Shown: positions 25,380-33,808 of the stretch, piece by piece
How the letters are laid out: each line of letters opens with the position of its first letter
Position numbering within the stretch: the first letter of the stretch is position 1
Source of the DNA: Candidatus Kuenenbacteria bacterium GW2011_GWA2_42_15
Lineage (GTDB): Bacteria > Patescibacteriota > Patescibacteriia > UBA2196 > GWA2-42-15
Direction: 5' to 3'
Length of the DNA: 33,808 nt
Assembly (NCBI GenBank): GCA_000998185.1
Contig: LCCW01000002.1
Location: 1-33,808 of the forward strand
Made by a program: the position numbers and the translations under genes
Notes under the pieces: model-generated
Told to the model about the DNA's origin: nothing
The model's input: only the letters and a program-made list of their open reading frames with translations
The model's database searches: none

Positions 25380-26867
25380 TTAATTGTATTTTGTGTTTCC
25401 TTGTTTTCGTGCTTTATGTGCTTTAGTGCTTTCCGTGTTCTCGTTTCCATTGTGCCTGACAACCAGCCTGATCGGCGTTCCCAAAAATCCGAATTTTTGC
25501 CGCAAGCTGTTAATAATGTATCGTTTGTAATTTTCTTCCAATTCCTCGCCCGAGTCGATCTCGCAGGAAAATACCGGCGGCTTGGTGTCAATCTGCTGCA
25601 GTTTGGTGATAAATGGTCTCTTAATCGCCACCCGTCCCCGGACATTGATTCTTTTCCTCGCCGGTGGCTGTTTTTTTATGAGTTGTTTTAAAAATTTACT
25701 CAAAGAATTAGCCAGTATCTTGGTTTTGCCGGCGGCCTCTACCTCTAAAACTAATTGTAATATTTTCTCCGCGTTTGATCCAGTCTTGGCCGAGGATAGC
25801 ACGATCGGCGCAAAAGCCAAATGAGGAAAAGCCCCTCTAATGAATTTTATATATTCTTCGCCAGTGTTTTCTTGCCCCGATTCTTTAATCAAGTCATATT
25901 TATTTGCCACAATAATTACTCCGGCTCCGGCCTCGGCCACTTGTCTGCCTAATTGCAAATCTTGTTGAGTCAGTTGGTTACTGATATCGATCATCATCAA
26001 GGCCACATCAGCTTTTTTTAGGACGCCGATAGTCATCCTTACTCCCATGTCTTCAAGGCTGTTGTCTTCTATTCTCGCCTTGCGCCTGATGCCGGCCGTG
26101 TCAAACAGTAAAATATGTTTGTCTTGGTAATCAATTACACTTTCATTCGGTTCCCTTGTGGTGTGGGGAATAGGGGAAACAATGGCCTTTTCTTCTTTAG
26201 CCAAGGTGTTCAGCAGTGAAGACTTCCCCACATTGGGTTTGCCGATAATCGCCACGCGCAGCAGCGCTTTTTTTTCTTTTTTTTCTTTAATTTTTTTTAG
26301 TTCCTTCAGTCGGATGTTGATTTCATCCAATAGATCGCCAATACCGGCGCCAGTTATGGCCGCCACCGAAAACGGTTTGCCCAACCCCAATTTATAAAAT
26401 TCAGCCGCCGCTTGGCGAATATTCAGGTTGTCGCACTTATTAACCACTAAAATAATTATTTTGTCGCTCTGGCGCAGGTAATCGGCGATTTTTTTATCTT
26501 GCGGAGTTAAGCCGTCAATTCCATCGACTATCAACAGAGCCAGGTCACTTTTATCAAGGGCAAGCCGAGCTCTTATTTCCACCTGCTTACCAATATCATC
26601 TTTAGCCTGTCTTTTCATTTCTTTACTTTCTTTTCTTGTCAATTGCTTAATCTCACTTTTTTCCTCTGCCAAAAAACCGCCCGTGTCCACTAATTTAAAT
26701 TCTTTACCCTGCCATTTGGCAGCGGCGTATTTTAAATCCCTAGTGGTTCCGGGAATATTAGAAACCATGGCTTTTCTCGTCTCCGAGAGCCGGTTGAATA
26801 AAGTTGATTTTCCTACATTTGTTCGGCCGATGATAACTACCGTGCCGGGCATAAAATTTTTTTTCAA
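25380..26867 (-). CDS. der: Ribosome-associated GTPase Der/EngA (two GTPase domains plus a KH-like domain)
   Basis: It has two G1 motifs (GRTNVGKST and GKPNVGKSS), DTGG/DTAG and NKCD/NKYD. The listed start is TTG at 26867. The ATG at 26852 (MPGTVVIIG) is more plausible. A low-complexity 25-aa C-terminal tail follows. Confidence 0.9.
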   Translation of the reverse strand: MKKNFMPGTVVIIGRTNVGKSTLFNRLSETRKAMVSNIPGTTRDLKYAAAKWQGKEFKLVDTGGFLAEEKSEIKQLTRKESKEMKRQAKDDIGKQVEIRARLALDKSDLALLIVDGIDGLTPQDKKIADYLRQSDKIIILVVNKCDNLNIRQAAAEFYKLGLGKPFSVAAITGAGIGDLLDEINIRLKELKKIKEKKEKKALLRVAIIGKPNVGKSSLLNTLAKEEKAIVSPIPHTTREPNESVIDYQDKHILLFDTAGIRRKARIEDNSLEDMGVRMTIGVLKKADVALMMIDISNQLTQQDLQLGRQVAEAGAGVIIVANKYDLIKESGQENTGEEYIKFIRGAFPHLAFAPIVLSSAKTGSNAEKILQLVLEVEAAGKTKILANSLSKFLKQLIKKQPPARKRINVRGRVAIKRPFITKLQQIDTKPPVFSCEIDSGEELEENYKRYIINSLRQKFGFLGTPIRLVVRHNGNENTESTKAHKARKQGNTKYN

Positions 26868-28360
26868 TTGTTATTTATTTGGTTGGTGCTTGTCGCCTGG
26901 CTCATTGCTTCTTGTTTAGCCCGCCACTCGTTAATCGCCCGAATGTCGTCTTGCCGGTCATAACCGGCTACGATTATAAAGCTGGCCTCTATTTTTTCGG
27001 TTTCGCCATTTTCCTTTTGACGATATGTTAGTGGTACCAAAAATTCCGGCAATTCTTTGCTGGTATGAGCCTGAAATTTATTTTTCAAAAATTTTAAAGC
27101 CTCCTCCTCGCTCCCGTCCGACAAATCATAAATTACCGTTTTTTCAAAATTCTGATTGGCCGAGTTGGCAATCCGTTCCACCTTGAAACCCATTGTTTCC
27201 GCGCTTGCTGTCAGATAAGTGGCTAGACCATCCACTGCTGTTCCGTTGGCGACAATGACCCTGATATTCTTTTCCGCGATTTCTTTCATGGTAAAAATAT
27301 TTTGTGCGAAATATTGCAAATCCTGATAGTCGCCGGACTTGGGCACCAAAACATAAGCCCCTTCGTCGGTCGTCGCGGATTTTAAAAGTCCTCCCGGCGC
27401 ATCATCCAGCACATAATTTTTTATATTCTTAAAATCAATACCTTCGGCCAGATTGATCAGCTGCGGTATTTCCCACGCCGCCACATTGGTTTGGATATTG
27501 TCTTGCGCCGCTTCAAAAATCCGGTAAGCCTTGTTCGGGTTTAAAAATATTTTCCAGCTCCACAGTTTATCCTTGACCGCGGCGATTATTTTCTGTTGTC
27601 TTTTGCTGCGGGCGAAATCAGAGCCTTCGCCGTTATTGCCGTGGCGCGATCTGGCGAATTGCAGTGCTCGTTCTCCAGCCATATGCTCTTTGCCTTTTGT
27701 GAAAGAAATAGTTTGCACCTTGTAGTCATCGGTCGGATATTGTTCGTCCACAAAATCACTGTCTATTACCACATCCACTCCGCCAAGATCGTCAATGACT
27801 TTTCTAAATCCGGCAAAATCTATCCGCAGCCAATAATGAACCGACACGCCAAAAGCATCAGCTACGGTTTTGGCGGCCAAAGCCGCGCCGCCATCCGGAT
27901 AATCATTGACATCGCCGTAGGCGCTGGCATTATTTATTCTTTGAAAGCCGTTATCCGGAATTTTTACCAGAAGATCGCGCGGTATGGAAACCAAAGCCGC
28001 CTCTCTGGTTGAAAGTTTCAGGCTGCCGAGTATAACCGTGTCGGTTAAAAGCGCTCCATCGTGACCGGCTCCGCCAATGCCCATCAAAAGAAAATTGATG
28101 CGATCGTCTTTTGCGCCTGCCAAATTGTCCTCATCGCCCAGAATAATTCTGAATTGGCTGATTACCGGTAGCCGACCAATGGCTTGGCCGAAAGCACCCC
28201 TGGAAAACACAGCCTGCGATGACAAAATCCAGGTTAAAATAAAAAGACCTACCAAACAAAAAGTCAAAAATTTGATAGTTTTATAAACAACCCCATGTTT
28301 TTTTTGAGGCTTTTCATCACTCGGCCAAGTGGTTGGCGCCAAATTTATCCTATATTCCAT
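26864..28360 (-). CDS. LytR-CpsA-Psr (LCP) family cell-envelope phosphotransferase
   Basis: 498 aa with an N-terminal TM and an LCP core (INFLLMGIGG..TDTVILGS..VSIPRDL..INNASAYG..HYWLRIDFAGFRKVIDDLGGVDV). Confidence 0.85.
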   Translation of the reverse strand: MEYRINLAPTTWPSDEKPQKKHGVVYKTIKFLTFCLVGLFILTWILSSQAVFSRGAFGQAIGRLPVISQFRIILGDEDNLAGAKDDRINFLLMGIGGAGHDGALLTDTVILGSLKLSTREAALVSIPRDLLVKIPDNGFQRINNASAYGDVNDYPDGGAALAAKTVADAFGVSVHYWLRIDFAGFRKVIDDLGGVDVVIDSDFVDEQYPTDDYKVQTISFTKGKEHMAGERALQFARSRHGNNGEGSDFARSKRQQKIIAAVKDKLWSWKIFLNPNKAYRIFEAAQDNIQTNVAAWEIPQLINLAEGIDFKNIKNYVLDDAPGGLLKSATTDEGAYVLVPKSGDYQDLQYFAQNIFTMKEIAEKNIRVIVANGTAVDGLATYLTASAETMGFKVERIANSANQNFEKTVIYDLSDGSEEEALKFLKNKFQAHTSKELPEFLVPLTYRQKENGETEKIEASFIIVAGYDRQDDIRAINEWRAKQEAMSQATSTNQINNN

Positions 28361-28433
28361 TATTTTTTTATCTAAAATTTAAAGCTCTCTTGAAGAGCGC
28401 TCTTGCTTTTTTCATCATATCTTAAATTCAGAC

Positions 28434-28462
28434 TTGCGTCAATCAAAAAACTATGTTATTAT
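28434..28462 (+). promoter_or_regulatory. Promoter candidate upstream of tRNA-Val (TTGCGT-17-TATTAT)
   Basis: Hexamers at 28434-28439 and 28457-28462, about 120 nt upstream of the tRNA. Confidence 0.3.
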
Positions 28463-28580
28463 TGGGATAAATTTAGTATTTTTAGCCAGAAAATACCCTA
28501 GAGCGGTTTTAAAATAAATTACCCGCGGGTTTTGTTCCGCGGGCTGGTTAGTTGCCGTGATTTAGGGCATAGAAAACACT

Positions 28581-28657
28581 GGGTTTGTAGCTCAGTTGGT
28601 TAGAGCGTACGGTTCACATCCGTAAGGTCACAGGTTCAAGCCCTGTCAAACCCACCA
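28581..28657 (+). tRNA. tRNA-Val, anticodon CAC, CCA encoded
   Basis: Cloverleaf: GGGTTTG / GCTC-AGTTGGTTA-GAGC / TACGG-TTCACAT-CCGTA / AGGTC / ACAGG-TTCAAGC-CCTGT / CAAACCC-A-CCA. Confidence 0.9.
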
Positions 28658-28694
28658 GTGATCTTTATCTTATCAAAAGCTAATTACAGCTTAA

Positions 28695-28770
28695 GTCGCC
28701 GCTCACATCGGCGAGGGCTCAAAAGACACTGTGTGTCTTTTGAGCGGTTCGAGCCCAGGTGCGACCACCA
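28695..28770 (+). pseudogene. tRNA-like remnant: anticodon-arm-like hairpin, 13-bp hairpin, T-loop, acceptor 3' strand and CCA
   Basis: CGCCG-CTCACAT-CGGCG (28697-28713), a perfect hairpin GCTCAAAAGACAC-tgt-GTGTCTTTTGAGC (28717-28745), then GGTTCGAGCCCAGGTGCGACCACCA (28746-28770). There is no D arm, and the T stem does not pair. Confidence 0.35.
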
Positions 28771-28863
28771 GATAGACTGTAAAATTACAAAAAGATGAAG
28801 TTGATAGGTGAAAAAGTGGATAAATAAAATTATATCGGGGGGGATAACCCGCCTTTCCTTATT

Positions 28864-29832
28864 GTGGAGAATATGTTAAAGGATGGAAAAATAAAAATAA
28901 AAACAATCCCAAGTTTTGAATATGGTGTTATTTGGGAAGACCCAATCAGTGGACACAGAGTTGGCTGTCTTGATGTTTCAAAAAAAGAAGATGTTAAAAA
29001 ATTGATGCAGAATGAAAAAGCAATTCTTGCAGTTCAAGACCCGCCATATAATGTTGATATAAATGATGAGTTTGGTAATTTGCCTTTGGATCAATATATG
29101 AATTGGAGTAACAAATGGGTTGATAACACGATAAATATTCTTGATAAAAATTCGTCTCTTTACATTTGGCTTGGTGCAGATATTAAAAAAGGATTACAGC
29201 CACTGCCTGATTTTATAATTATGATGAGAAATAAGCCCGTTAGTATTAGGAATTTTATAACCATGAGAAATCAGCGAGGCTATGGAACACAAAAAAATTG
29301 GATGGCAATCAGGCAAGAATTACTTTATTACATCAAGGGTGAACCAATTTTTAATGTTCAAGCCGAATATACGGATATTCCAAAAAAGACAAAAGGGTAT
29401 TATAAGGAAGTTAATGGGAAGATTACAGAAAATTTTGAACGCAGCAAATCTTTAACCATAAGGGCAGGGAATGTTTGGCATGATATACAACAAGTTTTTT
29501 ATTTAATGCACGAAAATATAGAAGGTTGCTTTGCTCAAAAGCCCCTTAAATCTGCCAAAAGAATTATTGAAGCGAGCAGTAATAAAGGTGATGTTATTGT
29601 AGATTTTTTCGGTCATTCCGGCTCTTCCTTACTACAGGCGGAGTTAAGTAAAAGAAAATGCTATACGATGGACATAGACCCAAATTATTGTAAAATAATG
29701 GCCGCTCGGTTGCTTCATTTCAGGCGTAGCGGAGAAAAGGGCTGGGGAAGAAACAAAATTTTAAAAGACGGCAAAATTTTAGTAAATGACGAACAATTGT
29801 TGGGCGCGCCAACTTTATTAGATTTAATTTAA
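28864..29832 (+). CDS. DNA methyltransferase, beta-class N6A/N4C type (DPPY before FxGxG)
   Basis: It has VQDPPYNV (motif IV) near the N terminus and VDFFGHSGSS (motif I) near the C terminus. The listed start is GTG at 28864; an in-frame ATG lies at 28873. GC is about 33 percent. Confidence 0.85.
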   Translation: MENMLKDGKIKIKTIPSFEYGVIWEDPISGHRVGCLDVSKKEDVKKLMQNEKAILAVQDPPYNVDINDEFGNLPLDQYMNWSNKWVDNTINILDKNSSLYIWLGADIKKGLQPLPDFIIMMRNKPVSIRNFITMRNQRGYGTQKNWMAIRQELLYYIKGEPIFNVQAEYTDIPKKTKGYYKEVNGKITENFERSKSLTIRAGNVWHDIQQVFYLMHENIEGCFAQKPLKSAKRIIEASSNKGDVIVDFFGHSGSSLLQAELSKRKCYTMDIDPNYCKIMAARLLHFRRSGEKGWGRNKILKDGKILVNDEQLLGAPTLLDLI

Positions 29833-29837
29833 ACAAT

Positions 29838-30575
29838 ATGGACAAAAAGAATTTAAACAAAAAACTTGATGAATGGATTAAAGAGCTGCCGCAAGAAAGC
29901 AGAGAATCTTTATTGGCTCATTTAAGTGGTTTGAAATCTACTTATCCGTTCAATGAATATGAATATCGTTTGATGTATTTATTGGATAAGAAAATTATTA
30001 CTTTCCAAGAATACGAAAAATTAAGGAACGATTATGTTGGTAGTAATATTTATTTAGAGTTTTATGGACTTGCCACCAGGGCTTTTGGGGTTAGAGCCGA
30101 AGATTGTTTAATTGATATTGATGGACGATTTAAAAAAGCATCAAAAAAGAACATTGAATTAAAAAAGCTAGATCCAGATTTTAAAGGAGAATATGATTTG
30201 TATTTATCGGATAATAAAAAATTTATTAAAGTTGAAGTAAAATCTAGTCGCGCTACTAATTCAAAAGAACGAAAACCATTTGAATCAAAGGCTTCATATT
30301 ATAAGTCATTGGGTAAAGAGCCCTTGTGGATGAACTTTCAGCAAATAAAATTGGATATTGCTGATGTTTTTGTTTTTGTTGGCATGTGGGTGGATAAAAT
30401 TCTCTACTGGGTTTTAACGAACGAAGAAATCAAAAAACACCCATTGCGAAGTCATCAGCATAGGGGTGGAATTGAATATCAAATCGGAATTACTGACAAA
30501 AATTTTAACGACTTTAAAAAATTCTTAGTTGAACCAAGCCAGCTTATAAATGCCATAAAACGAAAGAGCAAATAA
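29838..30575 (+). CDS. PD-(D/E)xK nuclease candidate (putative Type II restriction endonuclease)
   Basis: 245 aa starting 5 nt after the methyltransferase stop. It has a GEYD...(13 aa)...VEVKSS pattern compatible with D...ExK. It shares the low GC of the methyltransferase. Confidence 0.5.
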   Translation: MDKKNLNKKLDEWIKELPQESRESLLAHLSGLKSTYPFNEYEYRLMYLLDKKIITFQEYEKLRNDYVGSNIYLEFYGLATRAFGVRAEDCLIDIDGRFKKASKKNIELKKLDPDFKGEYDLYLSDNKKFIKVEVKSSRATNSKERKPFESKASYYKSLGKEPLWMNFQQIKLDIADVFVFVGMWVDKILYWVLTNEEIKKHPLRSHQHRGGIEYQIGITDKNFNDFKKFLVEPSQLINAIKRKSK

Positions 30576-30633
30576 CAAATCTCAAAGTAAAAGGTTAAGT
30601 CTTAAAAATTTTAATTATTACAAAATAATTTTT

Positions 30634-31254
30634 ATGTCATTTCTCCAGCAACCTGAAGAAAAAAAACCGGATTTTGAGCCAGTTACCGCCAAAGAAGAAC
30701 TGATCGGTCAGATAAAAGAATTTGTCTGGGAAACCGTCAAGGTGGTGGTTTTTTCTTTAGCCATCATTATTCCCATCCGCTATTTTCTCATTCAGCCTTT
30801 TTATGTCAAAGGCGCTTCCATGGAACCCAATTTTTTTGATCATGAATATCTGGTGATTGATGAAATTTCCTATCGCCTGGGCGAGGTCAAAAGAGGCGAT
30901 GTCGTGGTTTTTAAGTACCCAAACGATCCGCGTCAATATTTTATCAAACGGGTCATTGGCTTGCCAGGTGAGACCATCCAAATCAAAGACGGCAAAATAT
31001 TCATTATCAATAAAGACCGTCCCGAAGGCTTACTTTTAAATGAAAGCGGCTACCTGCCAAACACTCACACACAAGGCCAGGTTGATGCAGAACTCGCGCC
31101 CGGGGAATATTATGTTTTGGGCGACAATCGCGCTTCCTCCCTTGACTCGCGCGTTTTTGGGCCGATTAGCGACCCGGCTATCATCGGCCGTGCCTGGGTT
31201 CGCGGCTGGCCGTTCAGCCGTTTGCAGGTTTTCAATACGCCCAGTTACCAATAA
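30634..31254 (+). CDS. lepB: Signal peptidase I
   Basis: 206 aa with a TM anchor and the motifs GASMEPN (catalytic Ser), YFIKRVIGLPGE (catalytic Lys) and GDNRASSLDSR. Confidence 0.9.
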   Translation: MSFLQQPEEKKPDFEPVTAKEELIGQIKEFVWETVKVVVFSLAIIIPIRYFLIQPFYVKGASMEPNFFDHEYLVIDEISYRLGEVKRGDVVVFKYPNDPRQYFIKRVIGLPGETIQIKDGKIFIINKDRPEGLLLNESGYLPNTHTQGQVDAELAPGEYYVLGDNRASSLDSRVFGPISDPAIIGRAWVRGWPFSRLQVFNTPSYQ

Positions 31255-31285
31255 AATTCTTCATACCAATTTACTTTAAAAAGTT

Positions 31286-32860
31286 ATGCCTCGCATCGTT
31301 AATAAACCGATTCAGCTCTTAAAAGGCTTTAAAGATGTTTTGCCGGAGCAACAAGCCTACTGGGATTATTTTTTATTTCAAACTGAAAAAATCATTCTCA
31401 ACTATGGCTTTAAAAAAATAGATGTGCCGGTTTTGGAGCAGTCAATGCTTTACTATAAAGGCACGGGCAAACACACCGATATCGTAATCAAAGAGCTTTA
31501 CAGCTTTGAAGACCAGAGCGGCGAAAATGTGACTTTGCGCCCGGAATTTACTCCCGGCATCTGCCGCGCCTACATTGAGCATGGCATGTTCAATAAGCCC
31601 CAGCCGGTCAAGCTCTATAGTTACGGTCCGGTTTTCCGCCATGACAACCCGCAGTCTGGCCGCTATCGTCAGTTTACGCAAATGGATTTGGAGATCATCG
31701 GCTCTGACAGCCCGGTCGTAGACGCTCAACTGGTGGTGATCTCTTATCGCCTCTTGGAAGCGCTCGGTCTGATTCCAGTCGTGCATATAAACAGTATTGG
31801 TTGCTCTGATTGCCGTGCCGTCTATATTGCGAAATTAAAACAATATTTGTCCAACAGCGGCAAAAAGAAGAATCTTTGCGAAGCCTGCAAAGACCGCTAT
31901 GTAAAAAACCCCTTACGCATTCTTGACTGCAAGGAACCGATCTGCCGCCAGGCCTTGTCTGACGCGCCCCAAATTGTGGATTCGCTTTGTGAAGAATGCA
32001 AAAAGCATTTTATGCAAGTTTTGGATTATCTGGATGATATGGGCATAGAATATAACCTTGATGTTCGGCTGGTCCGCGGGCTTGATTATTATAACCGCAC
32101 CGCCTTTGAGGTTTATGTCGGCGACGGCGGAGAAGAAAATCTCATCGCTCTCGCTGGTGGCGGGCGCTTTGACGGCCTTATGGAAATTTTGGGCGGTCGG
32201 CCCACGCCCGCCTGCGGTCTGGCCATTGGCGTTGAGCGCGTGGTCAACAAACTTCGGGAAGTAAAAGCGGGTCTGCAGATTCAAGAGTTGGTTGATATTT
32301 TTGTCGCCAGCCTTGGCGCCGAAGCTCGCAAAGAAAGTTTCCATTTATACGAAAAACTGATCGCCGAGAATTTTCGGGTCAGTGAAAATTTTTCCAAGGA
32401 TGGCCTGAAAAGCCAGCTGGAAAAAGCCAACAGTGTCCGAGCCAAAATCTGTCTTATTTTGGGGCAGAAAGAATTAATGGATAAAACTATTATCATCCGC
32501 GACATGAATTCCGGCATTCAGGAAGTTATTAACTATGATAAGATCATCGCCGAAGTGAAAAAACGACTTGATCCGGCTGTTTCGCCAATCAAGAGCTACC
32601 GTCTGGAGGGTATGAAAATTACGGAAGGAAGTGCTACCGTGTCCACCCAGCCAACCCTGCCGGAACCGGCCGAAGATCGCAAAATCAGGCACAGCGATGA
32701 TAATATCAACAATCATGAAGGTTTTTCCGATGATGATTATGATCTGGAGGAAGATGATGTTGATGATGATCTTGATGAAGCTGATGAGCTGGAGACCGAA
32801 GAGCGGCTGGATGACGAAGAAGAAGACTACCATTACAATCTTAAAGACGATGATATCTAA
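31286..32860 (+). CDS. hisS: Histidine--tRNA ligase with an acidic C-terminal extension
   Basis: It has class II HisRS motifs (LRPEFT, GPVFRHDNPQSGRYRQFTQ, GGGRFDGL, GLAIGVERV) and an anticodon-binding domain, followed by a 96-aa tail rich in Asp and Glu. Confidence 0.92.
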   Translation: MPRIVNKPIQLLKGFKDVLPEQQAYWDYFLFQTEKIILNYGFKKIDVPVLEQSMLYYKGTGKHTDIVIKELYSFEDQSGENVTLRPEFTPGICRAYIEHGMFNKPQPVKLYSYGPVFRHDNPQSGRYRQFTQMDLEIIGSDSPVVDAQLVVISYRLLEALGLIPVVHINSIGCSDCRAVYIAKLKQYLSNSGKKKNLCEACKDRYVKNPLRILDCKEPICRQALSDAPQIVDSLCEECKKHFMQVLDYLDDMGIEYNLDVRLVRGLDYYNRTAFEVYVGDGGEENLIALAGGGRFDGLMEILGGRPTPACGLAIGVERVVNKLREVKAGLQIQELVDIFVASLGAEARKESFHLYEKLIAENFRVSENFSKDGLKSQLEKANSVRAKICLILGQKELMDKTIIIRDMNSGIQEVINYDKIIAEVKKRLDPAVSPIKSYRLEGMKITEGSATVSTQPTLPEPAEDRKIRHSDDNINNHEGFSDDDYDLEEDDVDDDLDEADELETEERLDDEEEDYHYNLKDDDI

Positions 32861-32893
32861 ATTATTGTGAATTATGCAATGATATTTTGTAAT

Positions 32894-33088
32894 TCATAGT
32901 AATAAAATAAAGGCGAGCAATAATTCTCGCCTATTAACCAACCTTACCGCCGCCTCCGCCTGTTTTTTTATTTGTATTGCGTAGAGGCAGTTCGTTAACC
33001 ACTGGGCCATCATCTCTCGTGTAAACCGCTCCCTTTCTTCCCCCTCTTTTTGCAGTCTCAAACTCTCTCGCCAGTCAATCATGGACAT
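32894..33088 (-). CDS. Small ORF (64 aa) with a strong Shine-Dalgarno; the 3' end runs through the terminator hairpin
   Basis: AAAGGAGGTGG lies 7 nt upstream of the ATG, which is unusual here because most genes lack an SD. The last 12 codons are encoded by the hairpin and T-tract. Confidence 0.35.
   Translation of the reverse strand: MSMIDWRESLRLQKEGEERERFTREMMAQWLTNCLYAIQIKKQAEAAVRLVNRRELLLAFILLL
32912..32931 (-). terminator. Hairpin with T-tract on the - strand
   Basis: GGCGAG-caataatt-CTCGCC is followed on the - strand by TTTATTTTATT. Confidence 0.45.
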
Positions 33089-33123
33089 TTTTTACCACCT
33101 CCTTTGGTGTTCTTTTGTTTGGT

Positions 33124-33808
33124 TTATTTTGTTTTAAATTTTTCTACTAAATTTTCAATCGTAAACTCCTGATGTTCACCGGCTTCCGTCAACATTTGTT
33201 TTATAAACTCCGCCAGCTCTCTAAATTTTTCATTATCAGTAAAATCCTTCAGCGCCCTTGATTCAAAATGGTGCCAGTTGCCGTGCTCATCTTTTATTCT
33301 GTCTAAAAGTTCATTCATCCCTGGCGTGTCTAAATCAATGTAAAGCGCTTCTTTGATATTTTTTTCCTTATTCTCCGGCACATGGTCAATCCTAAAAGAC
33401 AACCGTTCGCCAATATTGATCGCGACCCTGGCTTGGCTGTGGCCGGTCGGTTCAAAATTAAAAACAACCTTAGTTTTTTCCTCATCGCCTTCGCCCTTGG
33501 TCAAAACCGAAGAAATTATTTTTCCTCCTTCCGCGCAATTAACCAGCTTGAAGTTCGCCAAGCCGTTTTCAGCCATATCCAAAACCACGGACAATAATTC
33601 GTTTAATTCTTTTGTCGCAATCGGCAGATATTTATATTTCTCCGGCCCGATCGCGTTCAGCCGTTCAGCCAGATTTTGTTTCAGCTCATCAAACGCCCGG
33701 ATTAACTCTGGAAAATAATTTTGAAATTTCTCCGCGGTTTCGGGCCTGACTTTTTCTTTGAGCTGATTTTCAAACCCACCAATCAGTTGGTCAAATTTTT
33801 GGCTGATG
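33124..33808 (-). CDS. Hypothetical protein, 5' end outside window
   Basis: The frame stays open upstream of the listed TTG start to the window edge (ISQKFDQLIGGFENQLKEK...LNELLSVVLDMAENG). No family recognised. Confidence 0.6.
   Translation of the reverse strand, partial: ISQKFDQLIGGFENQLKEKVRPETAEKFQNYFPELIRAFDELKQNLAERLNAIGPEKYKYLPIATKELNELLSVVLDMAENGLANFKLVNCAEGGKIISSVLTKGEGDEEKTKVVFNFEPTGHSQARVAINIGERLSFRIDHVPENKEKNIKEALYIDLDTPGMNELLDRIKDEHGNWHHFESRALKDFTDNEKFRELAEFIKQMLTEAGEHQEFTIENLVEKFKTK

Noticed and set aside
25000-25691. ORFs 25000-25383 (+), 25238-25645 (-) and 25377-25691 (+) around the der-pth spacer
   Set aside because: They are built from the low-complexity spacer and from out-of-frame der and pth sequence. 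No motifs are present. The der and pth frames are well supported.
33353-33718. 121-aa and 71-aa + strand ORFs near the window end
   Set aside because: They are antisense to a longer - strand frame that stays open to the window edge, and their composition is low-complexity.

Overview
The window looks like core chromosome from a small, moderately AT-rich bacterium. Gene content (LCP protein, compact overlapping operons) and the near absence of Shine-Dalgarno motifs suggest a Patescibacteria/CPR-like lineage, but that is inference only.

Housekeeping genes dominate:
- + strand: rpoB, rpoC, a KH-domain protein, trmD, an adenylate-kinase-like gene, lepB and hisS.
- - strand: an HtrA-like PDZ protein, queH, capA-like, a Nudix hydrolase, a P-type ATPase, pth, der and an LCP protein.

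Four accessory or unusual patches interrupt this:
1. 1-1446: a large serine recombinase whose ORF ends inside the 3' end of tRNA-Arg(UCU).
2. 11531-12343: a Y1/HUH (RAYT/IS200-like) transposase flanked by two direct copies of a double-hairpin element. Three in-frame copies of its own terminal hairpin sit inside the ORF.
3. About 12720-15650: a higher-GC patch with two Shine-Dalgarno-led genes, a signal-peptide protein with a beta-barrel-like C terminus and a lipoprotein with DT-repeats. A roughly 480 bp hairpin-dense non-coding tail follows it, and a long inverted repeat lies upstream.
4. 28581-30575: tRNA-Val(CAC), a tRNA-like remnant, and a low-GC DPPY methyltransferase with a PD-(D/E)xK nuclease candidate (Type II R-M-like).

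I also found a 64-nt structured element present twice, GC-rich CCTGCC/GGCAGG palindromes, a TrmD lacking its C-terminal domain, and an HtrA-like protein lacking catalytic His and Ser. No CRISPR array, rRNA or reverse transcriptase was seen. All family assignments come from motifs read by eye; no searches were run.
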